Below the pieces are notes generated by a model, which had not been told where the DNA came from, ran no database searches, and worked only from the letters and a program-made list of their open reading frames with translations. Shown one piece after another: positions 1-9,638 of a stretch of 64,000 nucleotides of DNA (positions are counted from its first letter, which is position 1; each line of letters starts with the position of its first letter). Where the stretch lies: positions 1,813,864 through 1,877,863 of the forward strand of contig OZ253456.1 in assembly GCA_965261225.1 (NCBI GenBank), in the 5' to 3' direction. Position numbers and translations under genes: made by a program. The DNA comes from Dehalococcoidia bacterium. GTDB lineage: Bacteria > Chloroflexota > Dehalococcoidia > Bin125.

Positions 1-604
1 CACCGCCATGTACGAGCGAGGGCTGGATCTTCCAAATAGCGTCATCGTTGAGGAACCTCGACCACCAACGTCTGGCCCAGGTAATCTCGGACCAGGTCAT
101 CAGCGGTCTCAAGATCCTCAGCGATCGCCTGGACAGCGCCTCGTGCTCCGCACGCCACTCGCGAAAGGACGTTGCGCCCAATCCTCGCGCCCGCTCGACC
201 GAAAATTCGTGCAACTCGTGGCAGAAGGTGGCCAGATCCCTGACTAGCCGCTCGCGGTTCTGGTCGACGATCAGATCAGGCCGCAGTGGCCGACCGTCGG
301 GTCGCTGTGCCGCTCGCCAGTGGCGCTTCCAGTCATCGGAGCCGCTCGATTGTTCCCAGACCGGCACGGCGGGGCTGAGGAAGCCTCGGAGGTGTGGCAT
401 CACCGCGGACATGATCGAGAGCTGCGATGCGGCCGCCTCCGATTGCGGGAAGAGCGCGGTCCAGCCCTGCCAGTCGGCGCGAATGAACTCCGCGTCCGGC
501 TCCGGGGATATTTCGATGTCATCAGCGCGAAGATCAGGGAATTTCGCCCCGAGGGCGAATGCGAGCTCGGTCGCGCGTTCTGCGATTGCCGGAGCATCGG
601 GCAT
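1..604 (-). CDS. Aminoglycoside/choline phosphotransferase (APH)-like protein, runs off window edge (not in supplied ORF track)
   Basis: Hand translation from ATG 604 (TAATG overlap with M23 gene stop) is open to the edge: MPDAPAIAERATELAF...LATFCHELHEF...WKIQPSLVHGG; APH-like helix and pre-Brenner motif. Confidence 0.6.
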   Translation of the reverse strand, partial: MPDAPAIAERATELAFALGAKFPDLRADDIEISPEPDAEFIRADWQGWTALFPQSEAAASQLSIMSAVMPHLRGFLSPAVPVWEQSSGSDDWKRHWRAAQRPDGRPLRPDLIVDQNRERLVRDLATFCHELHEFSVERARGLGATSFREWRAEHEALSRRSLRILRPLMTWSEITWARRWWSRFLNDDAIWKIQPSLVHGG

Positions 605-1833
605 TATTCGAGTGTATCCGCCGACTCCTCAGAGATTGGCGGCACAGGCGGCCGGTCAACACCGGTCCATTGCAGCGGATCGACATCGATGCCCTGCACG
701 ATGACTTCCCAATGCAGGTGCGGTCCGGTCGACAGACCAGTCGTTCCGATATTGCCGAGATAGTCACCGGGCGCCACTTCGACAGCTTCACGGACCCCGA
801 TCAGCGACATGTGCCAGTAGCCGCTATAGACGCCGGCGCCGTGGTCGATGATCACCCCCATGCCATGGAGCACGAGGTCGCCGGTCCAGACCACGGTTCC
901 CGCCGCCGGGGCGAAAATGGGATCGCCATGCTGCGCGGCAATGTCGTGACCGTGATGCCACTGGTCGGAGGGGACGCCGTCGTACGAGCGCAGTGAGCCG
1001 AACGCTCCGGACGCCTCACCTTCGACGGGCAGCATCCAGGGGCCGCTCCAGCGAGGCGGCCCGGTCACTGCGGTGTGTTGCTCGAACCGCACGGCGATAT
1101 CGAGGGCCATTGCGGCCGGGTCGGGCGCGGCGCCCGTTCCGCCCAGCATGATTTCCTCAAACGGCGCAGGATTCGCAAGCACCACGAGCGGGGAAACAGT
1201 CGAACGCAACCAGACCCCGCCTTCGCCGTAGAAGTCGATGACCACCTCTGACGCGCCGATCTCGCCGTCCCGAGGAACAGCGATGATCCCCCACCAGACG
1301 CCGGTCGTGATCTCGCTCAGATTCCAGCTCCGCCGCCCGTGCGTGACCGCGATTGCCTTGGCCTCACTGCTCTCGACCGTGACTGCGAAGGACTCTCCCT
1401 GCATCACGGTGCTCGGGGAGACGCTCACCGAATCCGGCGTCCCACCGTTCGTGGCGGAAGGCGGCTCTGCTTGCGTCTCGGCCTGCTGTTCCTGCTGCTG
1501 GTCAGGCGCGGCCGCTTGCGTCGGCGCGGATTGCGTCTCCGTTGGCTCTTCGCCAGCTTCGGCGGGTGGTGGAACCTGGCGAGTCGGCTCGGTGCGTTCC
1601 GTTGCTGGTTGTTGCGATTGGCCGACCTGCGTCTGCTGGTCATCCTCAGGGTTCGGCGTCACTGTGGTCACGACGCTGACTCGGGTCGATGTCGCGGTCG
1701 ATGTCGCGGTCGATGTCGCGGTCAATGTCGCGGGAGCGTCATCATCTTGTTGGAGCAGGAATGCAGCTCCTGCGCCTACGGCGGCCGATGCCACGGCCAA
1801 GACCAACACCAGTGCCCACAATCGACCGCTCAA
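604..1833 (-). CDS. Membrane-anchored M23 family metallopeptidase with long Thr/Gln/Pro linker
   Basis: N-terminal TM, low-complexity linker, HHGHD (HxxxD) and STGPHLHWEV (HxH) motifs. Confidence 0.9.
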   Translation of the reverse strand: MSGRLWALVLVLAVASAAVGAGAAFLLQQDDDAPATLTATSTATSTATSTRVSVVTTVTPNPEDDQQTQVGQSQQPATERTEPTRQVPPPAEAGEEPTETQSAPTQAAAPDQQQEQQAETQAEPPSATNGGTPDSVSVSPSTVMQGESFAVTVESSEAKAIAVTHGRRSWNLSEITTGVWWGIIAVPRDGEIGASEVVIDFYGEGGVWLRSTVSPLVVLANPAPFEEIMLGGTGAAPDPAAMALDIAVRFEQHTAVTGPPRWSGPWMLPVEGEASGAFGSLRSYDGVPSDQWHHGHDIAAQHGDPIFAPAAGTVVWTGDLVLHGMGVIIDHGAGVYSGYWHMSLIGVREAVEVAPGDYLGNIGTTGLSTGPHLHWEVIVQGIDVDPLQWTGVDRPPVPPISEESADTLE

Positions 1834-1975
1834 GCCGATCCCCCTGTTGCCCGCATTTGCTCAACTTCGTGCTCAAACTCGTCGATACGGCAGTTGGATG
1901 ACGCCGCTCGCCCTCGTACCCTCACTCTAGTAAGCAGCAGGGCCCGGCCAACCATGCCAGCAACGAGGAGGCCAT

Positions 1976-2392
1976 GTGGTACTCGAATCAGCGACCGTGA
2001 CGAGCCTCGCCGGGCCGCCCCTGGAGCGCATCAGCAAACCGTGGGGTGAGGAGCTCGTCCTCAGCCGGACTCGAACGTCAATCGTGAAAATGCTGCGGAT
2101 CGATCCCAACCGACGCCTGTCGCTGCAGTATCACCGTCGCAAGCACGAGACCTTGAGGCTGCTCAGCGGGCAAGCTCTGTTGACGATCGGGCCCAGCGCC
2201 AAGCGGTTGCGGCAGGTGACGCTGTTGACCGGCATGCGTCAGGACATCCCTGCCGGCGTGGTTCACCGCTTGAGCGCGGGCGACGACGGGGCCAACATCC
2301 TTGAAGTGGCTTCACGTCCGCCCGACGATGAGGACGACATAGTCCGGCTGGCCGACGATTATGGCCGCGCCGATGTCTGTGGTCGTGCTTGA
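1976..2392 (+). CDS. Cupin protein (mannose-6-phosphate isomerase type II C-terminal-like)
   Basis: KPWGEE, RLSLQYHRRKHET, IPAGVVHRL, DIVRLADDYGR; GAGGAG RBS at 1965-1970. Confidence 0.85.
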   Translation: MVLESATVTSLAGPPLERISKPWGEELVLSRTRTSIVKMLRIDPNRRLSLQYHRRKHETLRLLSGQALLTIGPSAKRLRQVTLLTGMRQDIPAGVVHRLSAGDDGANILEVASRPPDDEDDIVRLADDYGRADVCGRA

Positions 2393-2413
2393 TCAAGTCT
2401 GATTGCGATTTCC

Positions 2414-2920
2414 GTGGCCGCGCCTGAACTGTTCCAGCGAATCGTTGAGGGTGATGAGATCGCCTTACGCGACGCGTTTCGCGCCTACGGCGCGACGGCG
2501 CGAGAGTTGGCCAGGCGGATCGTCGGACCTGATCAAGCTGACGACATTGTGGAAGAGGCCTTTCTCCTGATCTGGACGGATCCCGAGCACTGGGCCTCTG
2601 CCGCGTTGGAGGTCCACATCCTGAGACTTGTGCGAGATATCGCGCTAGCGGTTCGGCGACGCGGCATCACGCCGGCAGTTGCGGTGGACGAAGTACAGCC
2701 CTTTCCCATCGGGCCTGTTCCCGGGTTGCCAGACGTCGTTCACGACCTGGATCATGAAGCGTTACAGCGGGCGGTACTCCGGTTGCCGCTTGACCGGGGG
2801 AGGCATCTTGAGGATGCCTGGTTCGACGCGATTCGACATGGCGACGAGTCATTGAACAAGGCGATGGACGCACTGGTCGAGAACATCAACAGCGGTCGCA
2901 TCGCGCGGTCGGACCGATGA
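2414..2920 (+). CDS. ECF sigma factor, SigK-like, with truncated region 4
   Basis: GDEIALRDAFRAYG...ADDIVEEAFLLIW sigma2; LQRAVLRLP start of sigma4; followed by an anti-sigma gene. Confidence 0.7.
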   Translation: MAAPELFQRIVEGDEIALRDAFRAYGATARELARRIVGPDQADDIVEEAFLLIWTDPEHWASAALEVHILRLVRDIALAVRRRGITPAVAVDEVQPFPIGPVPGLPDVVHDLDHEALQRAVLRLPLDRGRHLEDAWFDAIRHGDESLNKAMDALVENINSGRIARSDR

Positions 2921-2942
2921 TCGCCGGGACGCCGGTGAAGCG

Positions 2943-3647
2943 GTGACTTCTCGCACGACGCGCTCAGAGCAACCGTTGGCTGCGTTTTTTCTTGGCCTGC
3001 TGCCGCCGCAGGAGCACGACGAAGTCGAGCGGCTGGTTCGTTCCGTTCCTGCCATTCGACGCCGCTGCGCGGCCTGGCCAACGGCTGCCGCTGCGATTAC
3101 CTGTGCGACGCTGGTTGTCGACACGAATCAGGTGGAAGCGCGGCTTGAGCAACGACTGATCCAGCGCGCGCGAATCGAACGTCCGCCTGCCGTTCATTCG
3201 CATCGCGCGTTGCGTGTGGCGCGCCGAGGCGCGCTTGGAGTCCTGCTTGTCGGCCTGGTGTCCATTGCCGCCTTCTTTGGCTATCTCGCCTTTCGTCCTG
3301 AGGAACCGATCTCCGGCCGAGCGATCGCGTTAACCAATGACGGCGCCACCGGTGTATTGCTGCCCAAGTACGAAGACCGACTGTTCGCCCTGATCTTTTG
3401 GGGTCTGCCGCAACTGAGTGTGAGCGAAACCTGGCAGCTCTGGCTGGTCAGAGAGTCCGGCGCTATCGAGCCAGGGCCACGATTTGAACGTGACGCTGAA
3501 GGTCGTGCGGCGGTGTCGATCAACCCCAATGCGCTCGAATCCGACGATCAATTGATCGGCTTCGTCGTCTCCCGGGATGTACCGGCGGGTCGTCCCGATG
3601 GGACGCCAACTTCCGAAGACATTCTGTATCAGTTCTCACGACAATAG
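2943..3647 (+). CDS. Anti-sigma factor, RskA-like
   Basis: N-terminal AFFLGLL...EVERLV helix, single TM, GLPQL..ETWQLWLV and FVVSRDVPAG RskA-type C-domain. Confidence 0.75.
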   Translation: MTSRTTRSEQPLAAFFLGLLPPQEHDEVERLVRSVPAIRRRCAAWPTAAAAITCATLVVDTNQVEARLEQRLIQRARIERPPAVHSHRALRVARRGALGVLLVGLVSIAAFFGYLAFRPEEPISGRAIALTNDGATGVLLPKYEDRLFALIFWGLPQLSVSETWQLWLVRESGAIEPGPRFERDAEGRAAVSINPNALESDDQLIGFVVSRDVPAGRPDGTPTSEDILYQFSRQ

Positions 3648-3722
3648 TGCGGCAATAGCGTGGGATTCTGAAGGTCGCCGGTAGACTGAGGCGGATAGCG
3701 CAAGTGACAGCGAGGACGCACG

Positions 3723-4892
3723 ATGGAATTTGAATTCACGACCGAGCAAGAGTCCTGGCGCAACGAAATTCGCGGCTGGATCCGCGAGCAATTCGGCGCT
3801 GACTGGAATGGCCTGGACGTCTCCAACGACGAGGAAGGCTCGGACGAGGCCTGGGCATTCGCCAAGGGCATTCGCGCCAAGTTGGCGGAGAAGCAGTGGA
3901 CGGCGCCGGCCTGGCCGAGCGAGCACGGCGGCATGGGGTTGTCCTTCGCCGAGCAGGCGATCTTCAACGAGGAACTTGCCTACCACCGCGTACCCGGGCC
4001 GGACCTGATCTCGGTTGGCTACGTCGGACCGACGCTGCTGGTCTACGGCACCGAAGAACAGAAGGAACGCCACCTCGACGACATCGTCAACGCTCGCGCA
4101 TCCTGGTGCCAGGGATACTCCGAGCCGGGCTCCGGCTCAGACCTCGCATCGCTGCAGACGCGCGCCGTCAAAGACGGCGATGACTACGTAATTAACGGGC
4201 AGAAGATCTGGACCTCCAACGCGCACCGCGCCGACTGGATGTTTGCGCTGGTCCGCACCGACCCCGACGCGCCCAAGCATCGCGGCATTTCGTACCTGCT
4301 GATCGACATGAAAACGCCCGGCATTACGGTGCGCCCACTGATCAACATGCTCGGCGGACACGGCTTCAACGAGGTGTTCTTCGAAGATGTGCGCGTCCCG
4401 GCGGAGAATCGCGTCGGCGAAGAAAACCGCGGCTGGTACGTCGGTATGGCGACGATGGACTTCGAACGCAGCGCACTCTCGGGCAGCGCGGCTTTGCGTC
4501 GCAACTTTGAGGACTTCATCGAGTTTCTCGGCGAGAGTCCGGAGACGAGCCGTGAGGCCAAACTCGGCGTCGCCGACACGGCGATCAATATCGAGGTCTC
4601 GCGGCTGCTCTCGCTGCGCGTGCTCTCGATGCAGCAGGGCGGCTTGGCGCCGAACCATGAGGCGTCGGTGGCGAAGATGTTCTCGTCCGAGCTGTCGCAG
4701 CGCTTTGCGCGCTTCGGGATCAACACGATGGGCAGTTACGGCCAGGTCCGCAAGGGCGACCCGTACGCGCAGATGCAGGGCTGGTTCACCGAGCAGTACA
4801 TGTCGTCGGTACCGGCCACGATCGCCGGCGGCTCGTCCGAGATTCAGCGCGGCATCATCGCCACTCGAGGCCTGGGCTTGCCTCGCGCATGA
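3723..4892 (+). CDS. Acyl-CoA dehydrogenase family protein
   Basis: WCQGYSEPGSGSDLASL, INGQKIWTS, FNEVFF, TIAGGSSEIQRGIIA..GLGLPR. Confidence 0.95.
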   Translation: MEFEFTTEQESWRNEIRGWIREQFGADWNGLDVSNDEEGSDEAWAFAKGIRAKLAEKQWTAPAWPSEHGGMGLSFAEQAIFNEELAYHRVPGPDLISVGYVGPTLLVYGTEEQKERHLDDIVNARASWCQGYSEPGSGSDLASLQTRAVKDGDDYVINGQKIWTSNAHRADWMFALVRTDPDAPKHRGISYLLIDMKTPGITVRPLINMLGGHGFNEVFFEDVRVPAENRVGEENRGWYVGMATMDFERSALSGSAALRRNFEDFIEFLGESPETSREAKLGVADTAINIEVSRLLSLRVLSMQQGGLAPNHEASVAKMFSSELSQRFARFGINTMGSYGQVRKGDPYAQMQGWFTEQYMSSVPATIAGGSSEIQRGIIATRGLGLPRA

Positions 4893-4896
4893 TCTC

Positions 4897-4941
4897 CGCT
4901 CCCCCTTTCCAGGAGGAGCTGCCGCAGGCTGAGGGGTCCCG
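4897..4941. repeat. REP-like palindrome (CTCCCCC..GGGGGAGCTGCCG.AGGCTGAGGGG family)
   Basis: Closely similar to the units at 21536-21581 and 56404-56445. Confidence 0.7.
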
Positions 4942-5014
4942 TCCCGCTAACGGGCGTGTTCAGCAATCAGGATTTCGGTTCACTTCAGCCTGAACCGTGC
5001 CGGAGAGACGCACG

Positions 5015-6412
5015 ATGGCATCGCTCTACGACGACTTCACCGAGTACTTCGAGCAAGCCGCTCAGTACTCGCAGCACGATCCGCATCTGCTGGAGCAGGT
5101 CAAGACCTGTAACAACGTCTACCAGATGACGTTCCCCGTCGAGAATGACGACGGAGAGATCGAAGTGATCGAGGCGTACCGCGCCCAGCACAGTCACCAC
5201 CGCCTGCCGACCAAGGGCGGGATTCGCTACTCGACGATGGTCGACGCCGAAGAGGTCAAGGGCCTGGCGGCGCTGATGACGTTCAAGTGCGCGATTGTCG
5301 ATGTGCCGTTTGGCGGCGCCAAGGGCGGCGTCTGCATCGATCCGTTCAAGTCCTCGCCCGAGTTCGTCGAACGCGTCACGCGGCGGCTGGTGATTGAACT
5401 GAATTCGCACAACTTCATCGGTCCTGCCGTCGACGTGCCGGCGCCCGACTACGGCACCAGCGAGCGCGAGATGGCCTGGATTGCCGATACGTATCGCACG
5501 CTCAATCCGCACGACATCAACTACTGGAGCTGCGTCACCGGCAAACCACTGTCGCTGCACGGAATTCCCGGACGCCGTGAGGCCACTGGTCTCGGCGTGT
5601 TCCACGGAATCATGCAGTGCCTGGGCGATCCACATCAGACCCACGGACTGTCGCCCGGGCTCGATGGCAAGCGCGTGATCGTCCAGGGCCTCGGCAACGT
5701 GGGCTATCACGTCGCGCGCGAGTTGTCGGAACACGGCGCTCGGATCGTCGGCATTGCCGAAATCGACGCCGGCGTCTACGACCCCAACGGTCTCGACCTG
5801 GAAGAGGTCACGGCGCATCGATGGGAACACGGCGGCATCGCCGGCTATCCAGCCGGACAGGTATTCGCCGCTTCAATCGAGACGATTGAGCAACCCTGCG
5901 ACATCCTCGTACCGGCGGCCCTCGAACACCAGATCACGGCCGACAACGCCGAACGGATTCAGGCGTCAGTCGTCGCTGAAGCAGCGAACGGACCGACCAC
6001 CCCCGACGGCGATCGGATCCTGCGCAAGCGTGGGATCACTGTCATTCCCGACCTGTACTTGAATGCGGGCGGCGTGACGGTATCGTACTTCGAGTGGATC
6101 AAGAATCTCTCGCATGTCTCGTTCGATCGGATGCTGAGCCGTAACGCCGAAATGCACAATCGCCGGCTGCTCGACACGATTGAACAGCAGACCGGCGCCC
6201 TGATCGACGACGTCAAGCGTCGGCAACTGGAGCGCGGACCGTCCGAACGCGACATTGTTTACGACGCGCTGGCGCAGACAATGGCGGAGTCGTATGACCG
6301 AATCTCCACGCTGCGCCGGAAGCGGGAACTGCCCGATCTGCGCTGCGCCGCGTATCTGTACTCGCTGGAGTTGGTCGCGCAAAGCTACCTCGACCTGGGA
6401 CTGTTCCCCTAA
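5015..6412 (+). CDS. gdhA: Glutamate dehydrogenase (Glu/Leu/Phe/Val DH family)
   Basis: YRAQHSHHRLPTKGGIRY, VPFGGAKGG, DVPAPD, QGLGNVG, EAANGP, GGVTVSYFEW; RBS GGAGAG before ATG 5015. Confidence 0.93.
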   Translation: MASLYDDFTEYFEQAAQYSQHDPHLLEQVKTCNNVYQMTFPVENDDGEIEVIEAYRAQHSHHRLPTKGGIRYSTMVDAEEVKGLAALMTFKCAIVDVPFGGAKGGVCIDPFKSSPEFVERVTRRLVIELNSHNFIGPAVDVPAPDYGTSEREMAWIADTYRTLNPHDINYWSCVTGKPLSLHGIPGRREATGLGVFHGIMQCLGDPHQTHGLSPGLDGKRVIVQGLGNVGYHVARELSEHGARIVGIAEIDAGVYDPNGLDLEEVTAHRWEHGGIAGYPAGQVFAASIETIEQPCDILVPAALEHQITADNAERIQASVVAEAANGPTTPDGDRILRKRGITVIPDLYLNAGGVTVSYFEWIKNLSHVSFDRMLSRNAEMHNRRLLDTIEQQTGALIDDVKRRQLERGPSERDIVYDALAQTMAESYDRISTLRRKRELPDLRCAAYLYSLELVAQSYLDLGLFP

Positions 6413-6441
6413 CCGCCTCGCATTTCAGAAGGAGTTCCACC

Positions 6442-6969
6442 ATGGGCAACCCCGAGATGTACATCGATCTGGCTCCCGAGTTCACCGACTCAGGCACGCC
6501 GGTGCTCAAGTTCACGAACGACGATGACGCCAACCAGCTATTGGCCGAAGATCCGAACGCGCTGCTGATCGCCATCGTGCTCGACCAGCAGATTTCGTCG
6601 ACCAAGGCCTTCGCAGGTCCTCGTGACCTGATGCAGCGGCTGGGCCATCTCGATCCGGCGAGGATCGCCGAGATGGACGAGGACGAGTTTCTGACGATCT
6701 TCCGCGAGAAGCCGGCGATTCACCGGTTCCCGGCGTCGATGGGCAAACGAGTCCAGGCTGCATGCGCGATGGTGCGCGACGATTTCGACAACGACGCCGC
6801 CAACATCTGGGACAACCAACCCGACGCGAAGACGATCATGAAGCGGATCGGCGGCGTTCCGGGCATAGGTCCGGCGAAGCAGAAGATCGCGATCCTGCTG
6901 CTGGCTCGCTACTACGGGATGGATATCCCCGGTTGGCGTGATGTGATTCCGGTCGAGCTGCCTGACTGA
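6442..6969 (+). CDS. HhH-GPD-type base-excision repair family protein (actinobacterial-type)
   Basis: LLIAIVLDQQI..KAFAGP, PAIHRFPASM, HhH VPGIGPAK. Confidence 0.85.
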   Translation: MGNPEMYIDLAPEFTDSGTPVLKFTNDDDANQLLAEDPNALLIAIVLDQQISSTKAFAGPRDLMQRLGHLDPARIAEMDEDEFLTIFREKPAIHRFPASMGKRVQAACAMVRDDFDNDAANIWDNQPDAKTIMKRIGGVPGIGPAKQKIAILLLARYYGMDIPGWRDVIPVELPD

Positions 6970-7001
6970 GCGCGATGGGGAAGATGCTCCCTCTCCCTCT
7001 G

Positions 7002-7198
7002 GAGACCTGCGCGTAAACCACATTCGCACGACGAGAAAAAGTTCCCTCTCTTACCCCCTCTCCCTCTGGGAGAGGGCTGGGGTGAGGGTCCCGTCTTCCA
7101 GCTATCTGGTGGCGGCCAGTTTTTGCCTCGCGCCCTAACCCTCTCCCTCGGGGAGAGGGGACCAGAAAGAGTCGGCAGGTGATTTACGCACAGGTCTC
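7002..7198. mobile_element. MITE-like element (197 bp) with 20-bp TIRs, carrying two REPs and inserted into a third REP
   Basis: GAGACCTGCGCGTAAACCAC (7002-7021) vs GTGATTTACGCACAGGTCTC (7179-7198), 18/20; CTCTG repeated at 6997-7001 and 7199-7203; removal restores CCCTCTCCCTCTGGGAGAGGG. Confidence 0.8.
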
Positions 7199-7305
7199 CT
7201 CTGGGAGAGGGGACCGGAATCGGCAATGACGGAATTGGTCGAGCGTTATCCTCCACAGACTGCGTGTACGCCGGCTGTGTCCGGCGTTGATAGGAGCAGA
7301 TTCTG

Positions 7306-8265
7306 ATGGCCGTTTCTTTTGGCGTTCACACTGGACAACAGAATGTGACGATGGGCGACCTGCGCCGCCTCTGGCGCTGGATCGACGACGAGGGGATGGA
7401 CTGGATCTCGGTCTGGGACCACTTCTACGAGGCGCCGCCTGTCGATGGGATGTCGCCGCACTTTGAGTCGTTGACCTGTATGGCGACGATCGCCTCCGAG
7501 ACCGAGCGGGTTCGCATTGGCTGTCTCGTCTTCTGCGTGCCCTACCGCAACCCCGCCTATCTGGCGAAGTCGCTGATGACGCTGGACCACATCTCCAACG
7601 GCAGAATCGAGCCCGGACTCGGCGCTGGTTGGCATCAGATGGAGTTTGAGGGCTTCGGCTACGGCTGGCCCAGCCTCAAGACCCGCTTCGAGATGCTCGA
7701 GGAAGGCACGCAGATCATCAAGGGGATGCTCTCTCAGGAGCGAACGACCTTTGAAGGCGTCCACTACAACGCGCTCAACGCCACCAACGAACCCGGCCCG
7801 GTGCAGGAGCACGTTCCGCTCTGGATCGGCGGTCGGGGCGAGCGCAAGACGCTGCGCATGGCGGCCCAATATTGCGACGGCTGGAACGTCCCGTACATCG
7901 GCCCCGAAGAATTTGCGCGGCTGTCAGGCGTGCTCGATGTTCGCTGCGAAGAGCAGGGACGCGATCCAGCGACCATCGACCGAACGGTCAACCTGCAGTT
8001 CAACCTCAGCCCGACCGCGGCTGAAGCTGAGATTACTCGAGAAAAACTGATTGAACAGTGGGGCGACCAGGCCGCCCGCGTCTCCGAGGGCGCGCTCCAG
8101 GGCACGCCGGACGACGCGTTCGACCGCGTCTCGATGTACTGTGACGCAGGCGCTGCCGGCGTCAATGTGGCGCTGCGAGCTCCCTGGAGCGACGAAGCAT
8201 TGTCGGTCTACATCAAAGAGGTCGTGCCGGCGCTGCGCGAGAAGTATGGGGCGGTCGAACTCTAA
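7306..8265 (+). CDS. Luciferase-like monooxygenase family, probable F420-dependent oxidoreductase
   Basis: ISVWDHF, YRNPAYLAK..TLDHISNGR...GLGAGW, LWIGGRGERKTLR.AA..CDGWN. Confidence 0.92.
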   Translation: MAVSFGVHTGQQNVTMGDLRRLWRWIDDEGMDWISVWDHFYEAPPVDGMSPHFESLTCMATIASETERVRIGCLVFCVPYRNPAYLAKSLMTLDHISNGRIEPGLGAGWHQMEFEGFGYGWPSLKTRFEMLEEGTQIIKGMLSQERTTFEGVHYNALNATNEPGPVQEHVPLWIGGRGERKTLRMAAQYCDGWNVPYIGPEEFARLSGVLDVRCEEQGRDPATIDRTVNLQFNLSPTAAEAEITREKLIEQWGDQAARVSEGALQGTPDDAFDRVSMYCDAGAAGVNVALRAPWSDEALSVYIKEVVPALREKYGAVEL

Positions 8266-8386
8266 GGTCCATTGACACTCGCCTTCCCGCAGACTTGCCG
8301 CCCGGCTCAGGCCTGCGTCGGCGGAACTGTCGCCCGTACGACACCCGCAGATCGTCTGCGCTTGCCTCATCCGGGATCGCACCAAT

Positions 8387-8570
8387 CGAACGTCCGTGCG
8401 CATACAATCAACGGCGCAACACATCGGTCAGCCAACCAGGAGAACCCCATGACCTCCAGCCATCCCATCCGACATCACCGAGAAATTTGCAGCGGTTCGC
8501 CGACGCACACCCCCAGGATCGGACCAATCTCCGACCGAATCTGACAAAACCTGACCAAATCTGACCACCT
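8387..8570 (+). repeat. C/A-rich element: LexA-like box, TACAAT, RBS/short ORF and four 10-bp-period repeats
   Basis: CGAACgtccGTGCG 8387-8400; TACAAT 8403-8408; AGGAG 8438-8442, ATG 8449; ccgaccgaat/ctgacaaaac/ctgaccaaat/ctgaccacct 8531-8570. Confidence 0.55.
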
Positions 8571-8740
8571 GCCGCGCAAATTCTCAGCCCACAGAGACAC
8601 ATTCGTGCAATTCGACCGAAAACTTCCCGCCTCGGCCCGACCGCATCCCGGCTGTCAAGCCTGAGCAGGGGAACGAAGCCGCGATGTGAACAGGCACTAG
8701 TTGACTGCCTCGCTCGTTCGATTGCGGCTACCCTCAGCAC

Positions 8741-9637
8741 ATGAGCAATGACCGCATCGATGAGGCGCTGACGATCGACGGCATACCCGACGACCTACGT
8801 CGGCCAATCTTGGTTCTGGCTTTTTTCGGCTGGAATGACGCCGCGGAAGCGGCGACGGACGCTGTGCGATTCCTCCGCAATATTGATCAAACCGCGCCGG
8901 TTGCTTCACTGGATCCCGACGATTTCTTTGTCTTCAGCGAACACCGTCCGACGGTCAAGTGGGTCGACGGCGACAACGCCCGTCGCGAGGTTGTCTGGCC
9001 GGTCACCGACTTTACGGTGCTGCGCCGTCCTCAGGCGGAGCACGACCTGATCGTCGGGCTGGGCACCGAGCCCGACCTGCGCTGGCGCCGATATTGCCGA
9101 GCCGTCTTGCAGGTCGCGGAGATGGCAAAGGTTGAAGAGGTCATCACGATCGGCGCGCTGCTGGCGGATGTCGCGCATACGCGACCGACGAAAGTGTCCG
9201 GTGGTTCGTCGAACCCCGAACGGCAAAAGCAGTTCGGCTTCCAGGCGTCGCGATATGAGGGTCCCACGGGAATCGTCGGATCGATTGGCGACGCCTGCCG
9301 GATCGCTCAGATTCCGCAGATGGGGTTCTGGGCGTCGGTGCCGCATTACGTGACCTCGCGCCACAATCCCGGCGCGACCAAGGCGCTGCTGACCGAGCTC
9401 GATCGCGTCTTCAGCCTCGGGCTGGACTTCCATCACCTGGATGGCGCCCAGGAACGCTACCGAGCGCAGATCGACTCCGCCCTGGAAGACAAACCCGACA
9501 TTCGCGACTATGTCCGCAAACTGGAAGCTCAGAATGACGAGGAGTCGCCGGCCGACGAGATGGAAGCCGAACCGCTGGACAGCGACGACATCATGGAGGC
9601 GGTCAACCGGCTCCTGCGAGGCGATAAATCAAACTGA
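8741..9637 (+). CDS. PAC2 family (proteasome assembly chaperone-like) protein
   Basis: AFFGWNDAAEAAT, GTEPDLRWRRY, GALLADVAHTRP, SRYEGPTGIVG, WASVPHY. Confidence 0.92.
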   Translation: MSNDRIDEALTIDGIPDDLRRPILVLAFFGWNDAAEAATDAVRFLRNIDQTAPVASLDPDDFFVFSEHRPTVKWVDGDNARREVVWPVTDFTVLRRPQAEHDLIVGLGTEPDLRWRRYCRAVLQVAEMAKVEEVITIGALLADVAHTRPTKVSGGSSNPERQKQFGFQASRYEGPTGIVGSIGDACRIAQIPQMGFWASVPHYVTSRHNPGATKALLTELDRVFSLGLDFHHLDGAQERYRAQIDSALEDKPDIRDYVRKLEAQNDEESPADEMEAEPLDSDDIMEAVNRLLRGDKSN

Positions 9638-9638
9638 C

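Noticed and set aside
8741-9637. Pup-proteasome locus
   Set aside because: PAC2 only; no prcAB, pup, pafA or arc in the window
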